A stretch of 64,000 bases of DNA from Coniocarpon cinnabarinum (taxonomy: Eukaryota). How positions within the stretch are numbered: the stretch's first letter is position 1; each line of letters starts with the position of its first letter. The stretch covers positions 1-64,000 of the forward strand of contig JAVECO010000096.1 in the NCBI GenBank assembly GCA_051942205.1, in the 5' to 3' direction. Below the pieces are notes generated by a model. The model was not told the origin of the DNA. It did no database searches and worked only from the letters and a program-made list of their open reading frames with translations. Made by a program: the position numbers and the translations under genes. Positions 1 through 11,539 of the stretch are shown here, piece after piece.

Positions 1-30
1 ACCCTCCACCACCCTTTCGCGGCACGCGAG

Positions 31-1246
31 ATGCTGTCCTACCGCTCACAGGTCCCGCCACCTTCCCACTTCCACACTGAGCAGCAAGCGATAGACTATC
101 TGATGGATCCGACCGGGCAAGGTCGTTACGCTGGCAACTACGGCGCCCCAGGTGGAGACGCACGTGAGTCGCGGTTGAGGCCTCCCGATCAGACACAGCC
201 CATGTATGCTGAACCGCCCTCCCCCTCGTCTTTGTCGTACGCTCCTGTTGTCAACAACAGAGCAATGAATACTGAACGGCCACGCCGCGCCGCCCATCGC
301 CATGAAGACGAGAACGATGACGCAACACCCGCAAATAAAAAACAAAAGACCGGCAAGAAGAATGTTGAGGTCTACCGCGCTTTTGATTGCTTTCTGAAAT
401 GCAATTCGTCAGAGGCTCACATTCCAGGTCGGAAAACCATCTCCGACTATCTTGGTCGCAACAAGAGCGATACCAAGCGCATTCCGGCCGGCGTGATGCC
501 ACTGCCCTGTCGCCGATGTTACCAGAAGAAAAGCTACCGTCACAAGGCGGATGGAGGCGTCTCGACATTCCAACACACATTGATGGATGCCACCTTGCGC
601 AACTGTGAAAAATGGGAGGGAAACCGTGATTGGAAAATTTGTTTCAACAAGGGACTGTGTAAGTATATCATTGCTGCCATAAATGAACTGTGCTGACCGC
701 ATACTTCCAGACAACGCCGTCAACGAAAGCCAGCGACGGAACATGACCTCTTCGACCTCAGCGTCTCAGTCACCCTCTAGCAGCGGCACGTCCAACTCTA
801 GGAGTACCGGACGGAGGAATGCCGGACGAAAGGGTGGCAAGAAGCGCAAAGCCGAAGAGATGGACTCAGAGGATGACTCGAGTTACGAGGGTACCCAAGG
901 TTTCGTCATTGACAAGGACGTGATCAAGTTTGCTGAAAGTCTTATGAGAAAGGGGCTCATTGACGAGCACAAGAAGACGTCTGATTGCCGAGAATGTCTC
1001 GAACTGATGATAGAGTTCTCTCATACCCACCGACGCCACCGTAATAAGTTGCCAGGTATCGAATTTCTCGCCCGAGGCGATTGGCTGGAATTCAAGAAGG
1101 GTGAAAAACTCATCAAGAACGGAGAAGACTATAATAATGAGCTCTTGCGTGAGGAGGAGGCAGCGGAAGCGGAGGCAGCTGAGACATCTCAGGACACAGC
1201 GCCTCCGTCTCCGTCTCCGTCTCCGTCTCCGTCTTCGTCTTCGTAG
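31..1246 (+). CDS. ORP1-like conserved fungal protein; exons 31-658 and 711-1246 (the 5' end may lie outside the window)
   Basis: The GTAAGT(659)..GCTGAC..CAG(710) intron joins the ORFs at 31 and 683 in frame. RKTISDYLGRNKSDTKRIP...CRRCYQKKSYR and LPGIEF resemble the RKxxSxxFGRNKxCT..CRKHYQR family of Pezizomycotina. Confidence 0.6.
1204..1233 (+). repeat. (TCCGTC)5 hexamer repeat encoding a Ser-Pro tail
   Basis: Seen directly at the end of the CDS. Confidence 0.85.
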
Positions 1247-4200
1247 ACCAAGCTGAACGGCTCGGGGTCTGTGTGGGAACAAGGCCGCTCTTCAGTCATT
1301 CTAGGAGATCGGATCCATTATCTGGCGGCACTCCTCTATTTCCATGAGTCTTGGTTCTCTCGCTGGTCCGACGTATGTTTTATCCTGATGTGTGCCATCT
1401 TGTCTTACTCAAAATTCCTGGATACTCACACTTATTGGAACCCTTCTTGTTTCTCAACTGGGCGATCTACCCAACACATAACTCACATTTTACACCCCCA
1501 CCCAACACTCACCACCACAAAGACAAGGAACATGTAAAAAATTGCAAAAAAAAAAAATTCCTTCAAACTTCAACGGCGCGATGATTAGCGACAACTTGAC
1601 TACATACAAGTTCGACGGACACTCCTGTCGAATCCGCCCTGTCATCGTCGATTTTTGCACATTCGCGAGTCCATTCTGACTGCAAGGACAAACTAGTGCA
1701 TCCTTGTGCAGCATGATCAAAGCCTGGACCATCTGGCACGGCCACGACTCCAGTTCCCCTCTGTTCGCAATAATGAACAGATTGATGCCATTACTACGCC
1801 TTTGGGCCTCCTTTGGTATCTACCTTGAATTACACAGATTGAAATTGGCCATTATTGTTATCTTGGACGTTCGAACTTTCATCTGGATCAGAACTCGCCT
1901 GTTCCCACATCACTCTCGATCGCAGCATACATCTCAATGCTATTCCTGCTGCCTTTCTCAGCTTCTATGTCATTGTTCCAATGAAAGGCACGCAATTTAG
2001 CAGGCTGACGATCAGAGGATTACTGCTGTTATCCGAGGCTCTTTTCATTTCAACCAGCTATCGCCTTCGAAAACATCACAAAAAAAGTTATACGGATCAC
2101 TAATTGGTTTACTCGCTGGGCGAGCTTGGTTCATGTGAGGGGCAACCTCATGATTATTTGGATATTGAAATTCACTGAGATAGCTGGAATTCTTCAAAAA
2201 GACATCGTTGAGACTTGTCCCTTGCTTCTGTGGTTCTGCCTCTTCGTCAGTGACGCCCTCTGAAAATGCAGAAGTCGTCGAACAGTGACCTACCCTACCC
2301 AAGTCACTCGTGCCATGTAGCCTGAAGTCGTAACTTGCTCAAACGTGACTCGTGGTACACCAGGACCGCACTAAGAAAACGTTGAGCGGGCCGCAATGCG
2401 CCCGCGAACCGGGTAATCATGTGGGTACCCAAGTGGGGCGTTGAAAGACGCTAGTGGCGATCCAAGTCCCCACTTCTCAACTGCAGCCAAGTTGGATGCG
2501 GTGGGCCGTCGATGGAGTGCATGAGCACGTTGTGCACCCGGTCTGCGCGCAGGTAGATTCACGTGAGCGGGACGGGTCCAGTGGGGGTGCCCACTGCGTT
2601 TGCGTTGGGAAGTTCCTTGGTTGTTGGGCTGGGCTGCGGAAGACGTTTCTGCCTGATGCGGCTTAGGCGTCGATGCGAGCATTTGGGCACTACTCGCTTG
2701 ATTGCGCAAGGGTCATTGATAAGGTCTTTCGCCTGATAGTAGCTCATTCAGGTTTCACGACTGAGTCAAGCAGGTCTGCAGATACCCATGCATGATCATG
2801 CATAAGGCGAGAGAATGCTGCAAGCCTGCATGCAAAGACCCGTCATCCCAGTCTCGCATGCTTCATCATGGCACCGATGCAAGATCCTCTGACCAGATGG
2901 CCCGGTCGCTCATGCAGGAGCTCGACAACGTGGCTGAAGCGACGCTTTTATCTCCATGTGGCTTTTCGGAGTCACGGTAAATGGGGAAGATGATGAGGTA
3001 AGGCGACGGGCGTGCGTAGGACCTTGGCGCGATGCTCGCGTTGTGTAGGCAGCAGCGTGTGCGAGAGCTCGTGATATGATGATGATGACGATGATGTGGC
3101 GGGTGAGGAAGTGGCCAGGCACGTGTCTGGCTTTTTGGAGGCGATGCGGCCGTATCGCTTCACTTACTCTTTTCTGCGACAGCTGACGGTGTCGATGACA
3201 TTATAGTCTCCGTTGAACTCACCGAAAACCCTTTGACTGACTGCTCGAGCAGTTTGGTAAGTATTTGCCTTCTTTTTTACTTATACGTGACGGAGAGCTG
3301 CTGACAATGACGCTTGAAGGAAGGTTGACCTTTACAAGGTCGCCTCGTCCGCATAAAAGTGCAATCATGGTGTTCTGTCATCCATCCCAGCTTAGTAGCG
3401 GTCATCATTGAGGAAGGAGGTCGCGCGCTCCTCAGGTCCGAGTTGTAGACGTCAGTGCCGTCATCGTTGAGCCACTGTTGGAGAAGACCGTAGGTCGGCA
3501 GAGCTCATATTGATGCTGACGCGCTTGTGACTACGACAAAATCTCTGTAGTCCTGGAGCAAGGACGGGTCGGCTCGCTTTCCGCACTCAGCGCAGCACGC
3601 CAAGCTGCTTGCAAGCTTCCCACTCCCAGCGGCAAGAGCAAGAAATGTCTTGAATCTGACCGTAAGTTATGCACGAATGGCCACGTGCGTACGCGCAGGC
3701 TCATCATGCGAGCTGCAGAGCAAGACGCAAAGCACTCGCTGAAGCAGAAGCGTGTTGGTCACTCCACGCCTGTCATGTCCAGTGTCTCTTATTTCATTTG
3801 TTGCTTCTTCAACACCTTAAAGAGCTCCTCGTGTCATGGAAGAGCCGGGATGATGTATGAGTCGCAGGTCGACACCGAACTTCATTCCTAAACATCAAGA
3901 TATTTTGAAAGTTCGTGAAGTGTAGATTTTTCGTGAAGCTTCATCTACGCCACATGTGCGTGTTCATTATTGCTAGAGCTGTGTTTTGGGCACATGATGC
4001 TTTCCATGATGATCAGAGTCGAAGCATTGACTGAACGAAAGACGGTAGCAGCGTTCTTAAGTATTCTGATAATTCCTGCTCACAGCTGTTGGAAACCCTG
4101 AGAAAGATAAAGAACAATGGATTCTGAGTTGCTGACGCCATTGCGGAGTTCCCAACAATGACAATTCCAAGATCAAGACGCGTCTGCAAACATGTTTGCC

Positions 4201-6538
4201 GCTTCCAAGTGTACTCGGGTGCAGAATTGACTTCAACATGATGTCTACATTGAGCAAGCACGTAGCTCTAAAGCATCATAATTCCGCAAAACGTGAGCTG
4301 TATTGCGTATTGCGCAATCATATATTTCAGATGAAGCGAAAGCTCACGAAGAGTATGACATCGTTCAGGATAGGACACGGCAGCGAGTCTTTCCTGCTCC
4401 ATTGAATTTCCACAGTCTCTTTTGCACGACCTCTTGCGCGCATATAAAGCTCAAGTATCAGCTCATATGGGTCATATAAGTCATTGTATGTACAAAGCGC
4501 AGCAGGAAAGCAAAAATTGTGTGCTTGTTAATTTTCCAAGGCAAAACATTGGCCATCATTTTATGAGCTTTGCGGTTTTTTTGCTTTTAAGAAAAGATGA
4601 CTAAAAACAAATGATGTGCTGTTGGGCTTTCCAAAACGCGGTGGCTGGCAAGAGAGCGTTTCTGGATTGAAACAGCTCAGCAGAAATTCTCGAATTTTGC
4701 CACAAGTGAAGATTTGCTCGAATTGGGAAGAAATATTACTCACCTCGCTGGGAGCTCACAATTTTCATAAGACGATTGCCATGACCTAAGCTGTTGGACC
4801 AAGCTTGTTGAGTGCTTTAAGATTGAGCCTTTTCCTTAGCTTTCTTCTTCTTTTTTTATAAAAAGCGCGAAGACAGTTTCATGATGAGTTTTTTCTTCTC
4901 CAGTGCAGTGATGGCGAGGTTGGAAGAGGAATTTGAACTTGGGTACTGTTGCAGTGGGTGGGAGCTCCAATTGAGGTCAATACTTTTGGTCTAATACTGG
5001 TGAGCTGCGCGGATTCCAGAGGCGAGATCAGTACAACACCATAGCGCATGCTGACGCGTTCGCAGGGAACGTTCAACGGCCGCTCAAGAGCGCTCACAGA
5101 TTGTAAGTCAATGATATGGTGGCGTGAGCCTTTCTCGAGTTAGGATTCCGCCACGGCGTGGCATATAGCAATAGTGACCTAATCACGTTCCACGGAACGA
5201 ACATTGACGACCCCGTCTCATGGTGAAGTGCTTGCTTGTGGGTGAAATGGAAAAGTTGCGTCCCCCACGCGCAGGGAAGGCTTTCCTCTCTGAAAATCAT
5301 TGATCCAAATATCTTGCTTACGGTCTTTCTCAACTTTACACTTCACAAAAGTTCCGGAATTACCACAACGCCGAGATCGCACTTTCAAAAATGCCCAACA
5401 CTCTGACCCCAACGTTTTTGATAAGAGTACAGAGTATAACAAGAAGTTCCTCGCCAACATTCCTGCGATACCATCGTCATGTCACCTCACGATCCACACC
5501 CCAAACAGAACAAAACAGATTCAACGAGCTCATAGAAGTCTACAAAGAAGATATCAGAGCACAAGCAACCCGGGCAGAGAAGGCAAGATCCGATCAACTC
5601 AGAAGGCGCTCTGAGCAGCGAACATTTTCAGCATTGGGTCTCTCCATAGCTGTGTACGCTGTTTGCAAGGGTCATTCCAGCTTCAGCAAGATCAGTAACA
5701 ACTTTCTCGAGGTGCTCCATAGCCATTTTGAGGAAGACGTTGCCAGACACGTGGTCTCATACTCGACAAGTTGATAAACCGTCACACCCACACTCGACTA
5801 TGATCAACAATGTTTAACGGATCCAGAGATGGTTGTCCAACGTGCGGAACGAGGTGATGATGGTTCCATTGGGGACGGGGGGACAGACTCAGGTCATCCC
5901 ACGCCTTGTCATCAGAGGCGCGCTTTCAATGATTTTGTGAAGAAGGAAGGCAAGCACAAAGCGAAAGTGGACAGCGTGGCGCGAATCGCTAATGACTTCG
6001 AAGATGATCACGAAGTCAGCCCTTGCTTCTGCATCAGTAGCCTAGTGCGGACGAATGCTAATGTTGTCCCCTGCATGAGTTTCATAGAAGGAGACTAGTG
6101 GATCAAAGCCAGAGCTCTCTCGTCTACGACGTCAGTCATTCCTTTAGATTTGGAGCTGGCAGAGTGGCGTGCCTTTTGCCCTGCCGTGAATGTATTCATT
6201 TTCGCTGTTCTTTCACTATCATTCTGTTTTTCAACAATTACTACATCGTTGAATGAATCTATCATTCACTACATATGCTCAACGACGCAGTGACGTCTTG
6301 ACTGGGTGCACCAAGGGTGCTTAACGGTCTATCCGCTCGTGTGCAACATTTTGCCGTCTAGAGAGGTTCTGCGGTCTTCGTCTCCTCTTGCCCACGGATT
6401 ATGGCTTCCAGGGACGCCAGAAGTCGAGGCTGATGAAAGAACAAAATCGTCCGCGCCTTGAAGCGTATCGGCTTGAAGGAGCCCGTTTGCGCAGCGAAAG
6501 CTTGCATTTGCGTGCGCAAGGTCCTTGCCGACTTTCAG

Positions 6539-7595
6539 CTACCAACTGTAGTATTGTCGTTGCTCTGTCACTGGACGGTCTGGAAGCGCAGTCCACACCT
6601 TCTTATTAGCCTCCTTCTTTTGACGATCGTCTTGCTCTCTTATTCGCGTGGCCTCCTCTTTCAGCAAGACGCTGATGCTAGTCTGTGGCAATCGCAGCCT
6701 ATCGATCCTGCCTCGAGCTCGTGGATTGATGTCTTGGCCATACGGCCCTTTGTTCACCCACGCTTGAGCAATGTACATCGAGGTACGATCGCTGATTCGC
6801 CGCAGGATGCCGTCTTTTGTTCTGAACGTTACTGGACTCCCTTCCGTGTTATCTGTTTGGCCCAAGCCCATGCCACGGCTTACGATCGCTTGGTCTCGTG
6901 CCAGCTCCAGGTGCTCGCGCACAGCAATTGCAGGCTTCTTTTTGCTGAACCGCATTTGGGTTATCGCATCGTCCACAGTCTTGCCCGCTATTTGATTCGC
7001 CAATGGGCTGAGCTTCTTCATGCTTGTCTTTAATAGGTCGCTCCTGGAAACATACGAGCGCTCAGTCCGCTTGATGACTTCTGCCCTTGTCAGCCTCCCT
7101 CTGCGCTGGATTTCTCGTATCGTCATTTTGCGCTCCCATCTCCGTCGACGATGAGGCATCGGGTCCAGCTTTGTGACTCGACCAGGGGGAATAGGTTGAC
7201 CCATCGCGGCACCCTTTGCTGAGACCTTGATCTTGTTGTCCATCAACGAAAGCTTGAAGATGGAATTGTCGGCGAGGTCTCCGAGCCTGGAAGTCTCATC
7301 CGGGATCTCCTCCGGCCGCTTTCGCACATTTTTCTTTTCTCTCTCGGCTCGCTCTTTTGCTTCCTGCCGCCTCAGCGCTTTCGCGAGAAAAGGGTTACCC
7401 TGTCTTTCGGCTTCTTCCGGAGTCATTGGCCTCTCCGTTGCAAAGCTGCGCCGGATAGAGGAGTTCAAGGACGATCGAGTAGGGAGTAACGAGACTAGGT
7501 AAGTCAGTCAGCTTCGTCTTCCCTCATGGAAATTCATCAAACACACATATGGGTCTCACTTTGCAGCTGCAGCTGCAAGATCTTATTGCACTCAT
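6539..7595 (-). CDS. MRPL22: Mitochondrial ribosomal protein uL22m; exons 7595-7547 and 7494-6539
   Basis: KTSMKKLSPLANQIAGKTVDDAITQMRFSKKK and MYIAQAWVNKGP..PRARGR are L22 motifs. A 52-nt GTGTGT..CTGAC..TAG intron gives an in-frame Arg/Ser-rich presequence. Confidence 0.9.
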
Positions 7596-7778
7596 GATCG
7601 AGATTATTTTGAGGCTGACGGTCAAGTGCTTGAGTTCAAGTAGAACCCTGATGCTTCTGTTGCGAATCGCCGAGGCATTGTGCATGCCTGATATTCAAGG
7701 CTAATATGTCTCTCGCCTGATTGACCGAGTAAGCATGCTTGTACCTTGATGGTAAAGTCAACGCATAGCAATTTAGAG

Positions 7779-8684
7779 ATGGCTCCCTCGAGGATCACAC
7801 CTCCGCCATCTGCTGATGGTCTGACCGCAGCTCAGGTTGCTGACTTCGAAGAGAATGGCTACCTCATCATCCCCGATGCTCTAAGCTCCTCCCAACTTTC
7901 CGCTCTCCTCGCCGAAACACGCACGCTCCTCTCCTCCTTTGATCTGTCCTCACATCCTCTGACAAAGTTCACAACCGACGACAGCAACCATGTTGGCGAC
8001 GACTATTTTTTAACTTCTGGAGATAAAGTACGCTTCTTCTTTGAGGAGGATGCATTCTCTACAAGCGGGGAGCTGCAAAAGCCAAAGGAAAAGGCCATTA
8101 ACAAGATTGGACATTACTTGCACGAGCTTAGCCCGCCCTTTAGGGCAGTAAGTCTTAGTGAGCGAAACAGTGGCATCGCACGAAGTCTAGGATTCAAAAA
8201 GCCAGAAGTATTACAGTCTATGGTGATTTGCAAACAGCCGGAAATCGGCGGCGCTGTACCGCCGCATCAAGATTCGTGCTTCTTGTATACCAATCCTCCA
8301 AGCGCAGTAGGCTGGTGGTATGCTCTTGAGGACTGCACTATAAGCAATGGATGCTTAAGCTTCGCGCCCGGAAGTCATCGAAGAGCGCCCATTGAAAAAC
8401 GCTTCGTGAAGCTAGATCGTGGCGGAACTGGCTTTGTAGGGGTAGACAGCGCTCACTGGCCCCGTGATTTCGAGACTCAGGAGGATAAATCCGAGACGTA
8501 TGAGACTGGCGAAGTCAAGGCAGGTAGTCTCGTGCTCATTCATGGGAACGTGCTCCACAAGAGCGAGAAGAACCTCAGTCCTAAGAGCAGATTCATCTAT
8601 ACGTTCCATGTCATCGAAGGCGAGGAGACGTACGACGGGCGCAATTGGTTGCAGCCACCTGAGCAAGGATTTTCAAGGTTATGA
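7779..8684 (+). CDS. Phytanoyl-CoA dioxygenase (PhyH/PHYHD1-like) Fe(II)/2-oxoglutarate oxygenase
   Basis: FEENGYLII, INKIGHYLH, QSMVICKQPEIGGAVPPHQD (HxD) and distal HKS..SR. Intronless; ends in -SRL. Confidence 0.9.
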   Translation: MAPSRITPPPSADGLTAAQVADFEENGYLIIPDALSSSQLSALLAETRTLLSSFDLSSHPLTKFTTDDSNHVGDDYFLTSGDKVRFFFEEDAFSTSGELQKPKEKAINKIGHYLHELSPPFRAVSLSERNSGIARSLGFKKPEVLQSMVICKQPEIGGAVPPHQDSCFLYTNPPSAVGWWYALEDCTISNGCLSFAPGSHRRAPIEKRFVKLDRGGTGFVGVDSAHWPRDFETQEDKSETYETGEVKAGSLVLIHGNVLHKSEKNLSPKSRFIYTFHVIEGEETYDGRNWLQPPEQGFSRL

Positions 8685-8960
8685 CACCCATCCTGACAAG
8701 ATTGTAGTTTAAATGAGCATTTCGAAGCCAAGCAAGGTCTATTTCATGTTTAAACACGTGTTTGAGGCACCGATTTGGATCGCAATTCTTTTTAATCATC
8801 GAGGATTCATGGTGACGTATAAACGTGTGAACGCTCTCGATTCTGATATGATGCGACGCCATGACTTATGCACGCTCGCGACGATGACATTAAGTTCAAT
8901 CTTCTCTAATCGCACCAAGTCTTCGCGTTTCTTCAAGTAGCACTACCCCTCTCTCATGGC

Positions 8961-9725
8961 TTATGACACAAGTGTGCTGGCAGTCGCGCTCTCGTACTTC
9001 CACGTTGGCGGCAGAACTCCTAGCCAATGAATTAGTTTTGGTTCGATGCAGGTCGCCGGTAGGCGTCATACCATTGGCTTTGTAGTATCGGCTCAGGCGG
9101 TGGATCCGTGACTCAATCAAAATCAGGCGGAATTTGGAATCCTTGTCCTTGCGATTTCGCTCAAGATGTTTGCGGACGGCCACAGCCTGAAATTTCAAGT
9201 GTAAGCGGTGCGGCTTCCTTGGGCTGCAGATATCGCATACCTTTCGGATCAACATGTACAAGTCTTCTGGGATCTCGGGCGCAAGACCTGTGTATCACTC
9301 TCTCAGCATGAGGGTTCTCAAACCGAAAAGAGGCTGTTCCAATTGCTTGCACTGGCAAAGCGATCCCAGATTTCAGATATTCTTTCTCGCCAGACGCAAT
9401 TGCACGGCATGTTTTGAAGAAGGCGCAGGGTTCATGTACCATTTGACTTTAAGATACGAAGGATTTTGTTGCCTGCAGCATTGGCTTAGTGTTTTTACGA
9501 TAAGCCGATCTGAGTCTGCTCACCAGTGACGACCTTGACTTGCGCGATGCCATGGCTGTCCCTCAGTACGACGCCTATCTGAGAGGGTGTGGCACCTTTC
9601 CTGGCGAGCTTGCAGATCTGGTCCTCGACTTGTTCAGGCGTGACCTTCAACCACGCCGGGGGTGCTCGACTGTAGGGGATGGCTGATTTGGAGATGCCCT
9701 TTCCATTGCTGTGAAGGCGACCCAT
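8961..9725 (-). CDS. RPS13: 40S ribosomal protein S13 (uS15), 5 exons: 9725-9524, 9472-9440, 9287-9241, 9186-9072, 9019-8961
   Basis: The spliced product reads [18 protein letters not shown]...[63 protein letters not shown]...[13 protein letters not shown]. Confidence 0.97.
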
Positions 9726-9878
9726 GATGGCGAGTTGCTGGGACGTAGTGAATGTTGGCGCGACTTTCTAAGAATTGTAGTTGATGAATGTGGGTTTGGA
9801 CGAGTGATCCGTGCGTGTTGACGGAACAGTTCCGCCCTTTTGCCAAGACCGCAATCCACTCCCTTAGGTGAATAGAGT

Positions 9879-10203
9879 CACGCGGGTGACAGAAATACCG
9901 GGACACTAGTAGAGGTTTAGGGCTTCTACGACCCCTTAATAGTTAGGGCTAATCCCCCAAATTTTAGGGGTTTGATCCCTAAATTTTACGCGAGAAACTT
10001 ATCTTGCGCCTCTAAGGTTACACAACACGTTTACTCTTTTTCTTTCTTGACTAAAAGAAAGAGATAGTGTATACGTGACCATCACAAAAGAAACGAGGCT
10101 AATTGGCTTTGTATAGCGCGAGTTATTCAAGGTCAGAAACGGCCAATTTTGGTGAGAACCCCCAAATTTTTACTAGTGTCCCGGTATTTCTGTCACCCGC
10201 GTG
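9879..10203. mobile_element. 325-bp non-autonomous DNA transposon (MITE) with 33-bp perfect TIRs and 5-bp TSD AGAGT
   Basis: CACGCGGGTGACAGAAATACCGGGACACTAGTA (9879-9911) is the exact reverse complement of 10171-10203. AGAGT lies at 9874-9878 and 10204-10208. The interior is AT-rich and non-coding. Confidence 0.92.
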
Positions 10204-11539
10204 AGAGTCTTTCTTCGAGCCACACAACAGAACTAAGACCTTCCGCTCACGCAAAACGTGCCTAGGAGCTCGCGCAACTGCTGAAGGATCTTGTTTTGAC
10301 CTGCAAGTTCGTTCTAAAGGAGACATGGTGAGGAACTCCCCCGTCCGCGCGTCCGGGAGGTTTCTCTCCCTCCCTCTTGAACTCCTCTCTTGAACAATAA
10401 AGATGACAGCATGACTACGTCTCCCCGTAGTGTACAAAGCTATCAAAGCAGACAAACTCTCAATACTTAAGCAGTCGCGAATGCCATATTCTGAGGCTTG
10501 CCTTGCCAATCAGCACATGAGTTTCGTTTTACAACATCGCAGCAACACAATAACTCCTCGACCGAGTCTGTTGAGACATTCTCAATCTTAGGTGTGCTGT
10601 GCTATCGCGCGAAGGGCGAATATGAGCCACACAGACAGGCATAGAATTTCATGCTCATTTTACAATTGCAAAAGGCACAGCTATGTCCATTGCCTATCAT
10701 TTGGTAAAAGACCTACCTCCTTTTAGACGGCGGGTGTTCTTTTCCTTAAGCTAGCGATTGCTCGGATACTTGTGCAGCTGATAGCTTCCTGTCTATCACT
10801 GCCTTCGTGAACAAGGACCCATCGTGTTCGTTGTAACCATTTTTGCGACCTAGTCGATCGTTATGGCTTTGTAAGGCTGATTGGCTGTCCCGTGTGTTAT
10901 GCTATTTACGTCCGGCATAGCTGGAGAAACAGACCCTGATCGCGCACCACATTGGGTCGATGCCGCTGGTGCAACAAATGATCAATGTATTGGCGGCGAA
11001 GGGTACGTCGTAGACTAAGCAAGGGAGGCCTGTGCGAAGGCGATGAGGGGGAACACCGGGTGACGTGACCGGAAATGGCTGATGGACCCGGGCCAGACCT
11101 CTGCTATCTGCAAGGCGTATGTCTGTTGTATGTTGTACGGAGTACCTCAGAGCGTAGAGGCCGAGTCTTCACCAGGCCACTGTGAAGCTTCTATAAGGAG
11201 AAGCAAGTGAGAGTCAAGCGGTTACGTAGCTGTGCCTGTAGGGGACGGACGACGGTACATGCAACATCTGGAGCGGGTGATCGTCATAGGCGCGCACCGC
11301 GTGGTTCGCTATTGACTCGCCTAAATCATTTATCCGTCCGGTCTGTTGCTGCGTGGCTGCGCCTGGACCGGCTCTGCTCTCTGTCTTCACCTCCCACTTC
11401 CTTCCCACTTTTGCCACGCAGCACCTCATGCTCGCCCACGCTCTTTCACCCCGATAGCTCTTCTCGACCTGAGGGCGTCGGCGCCTCCGTTGACTTCCCG
11501 CGAGACCCTCAGGTCGCCCCTCTCCTTCCTCCTCTCGCC

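Noticed and set aside
683..696. Overlapping ORFs 31-696 and 683-1246 as a programmed frameshift
   Set aside because: A canonical 52-nt intron (659-710) joins them in frame.
7547..7560. Apparent frameshift in MRPL22 using the GTGAGA donor at 7559
   Set aside because: The GTGTGT donor at 7546 restores the frame.
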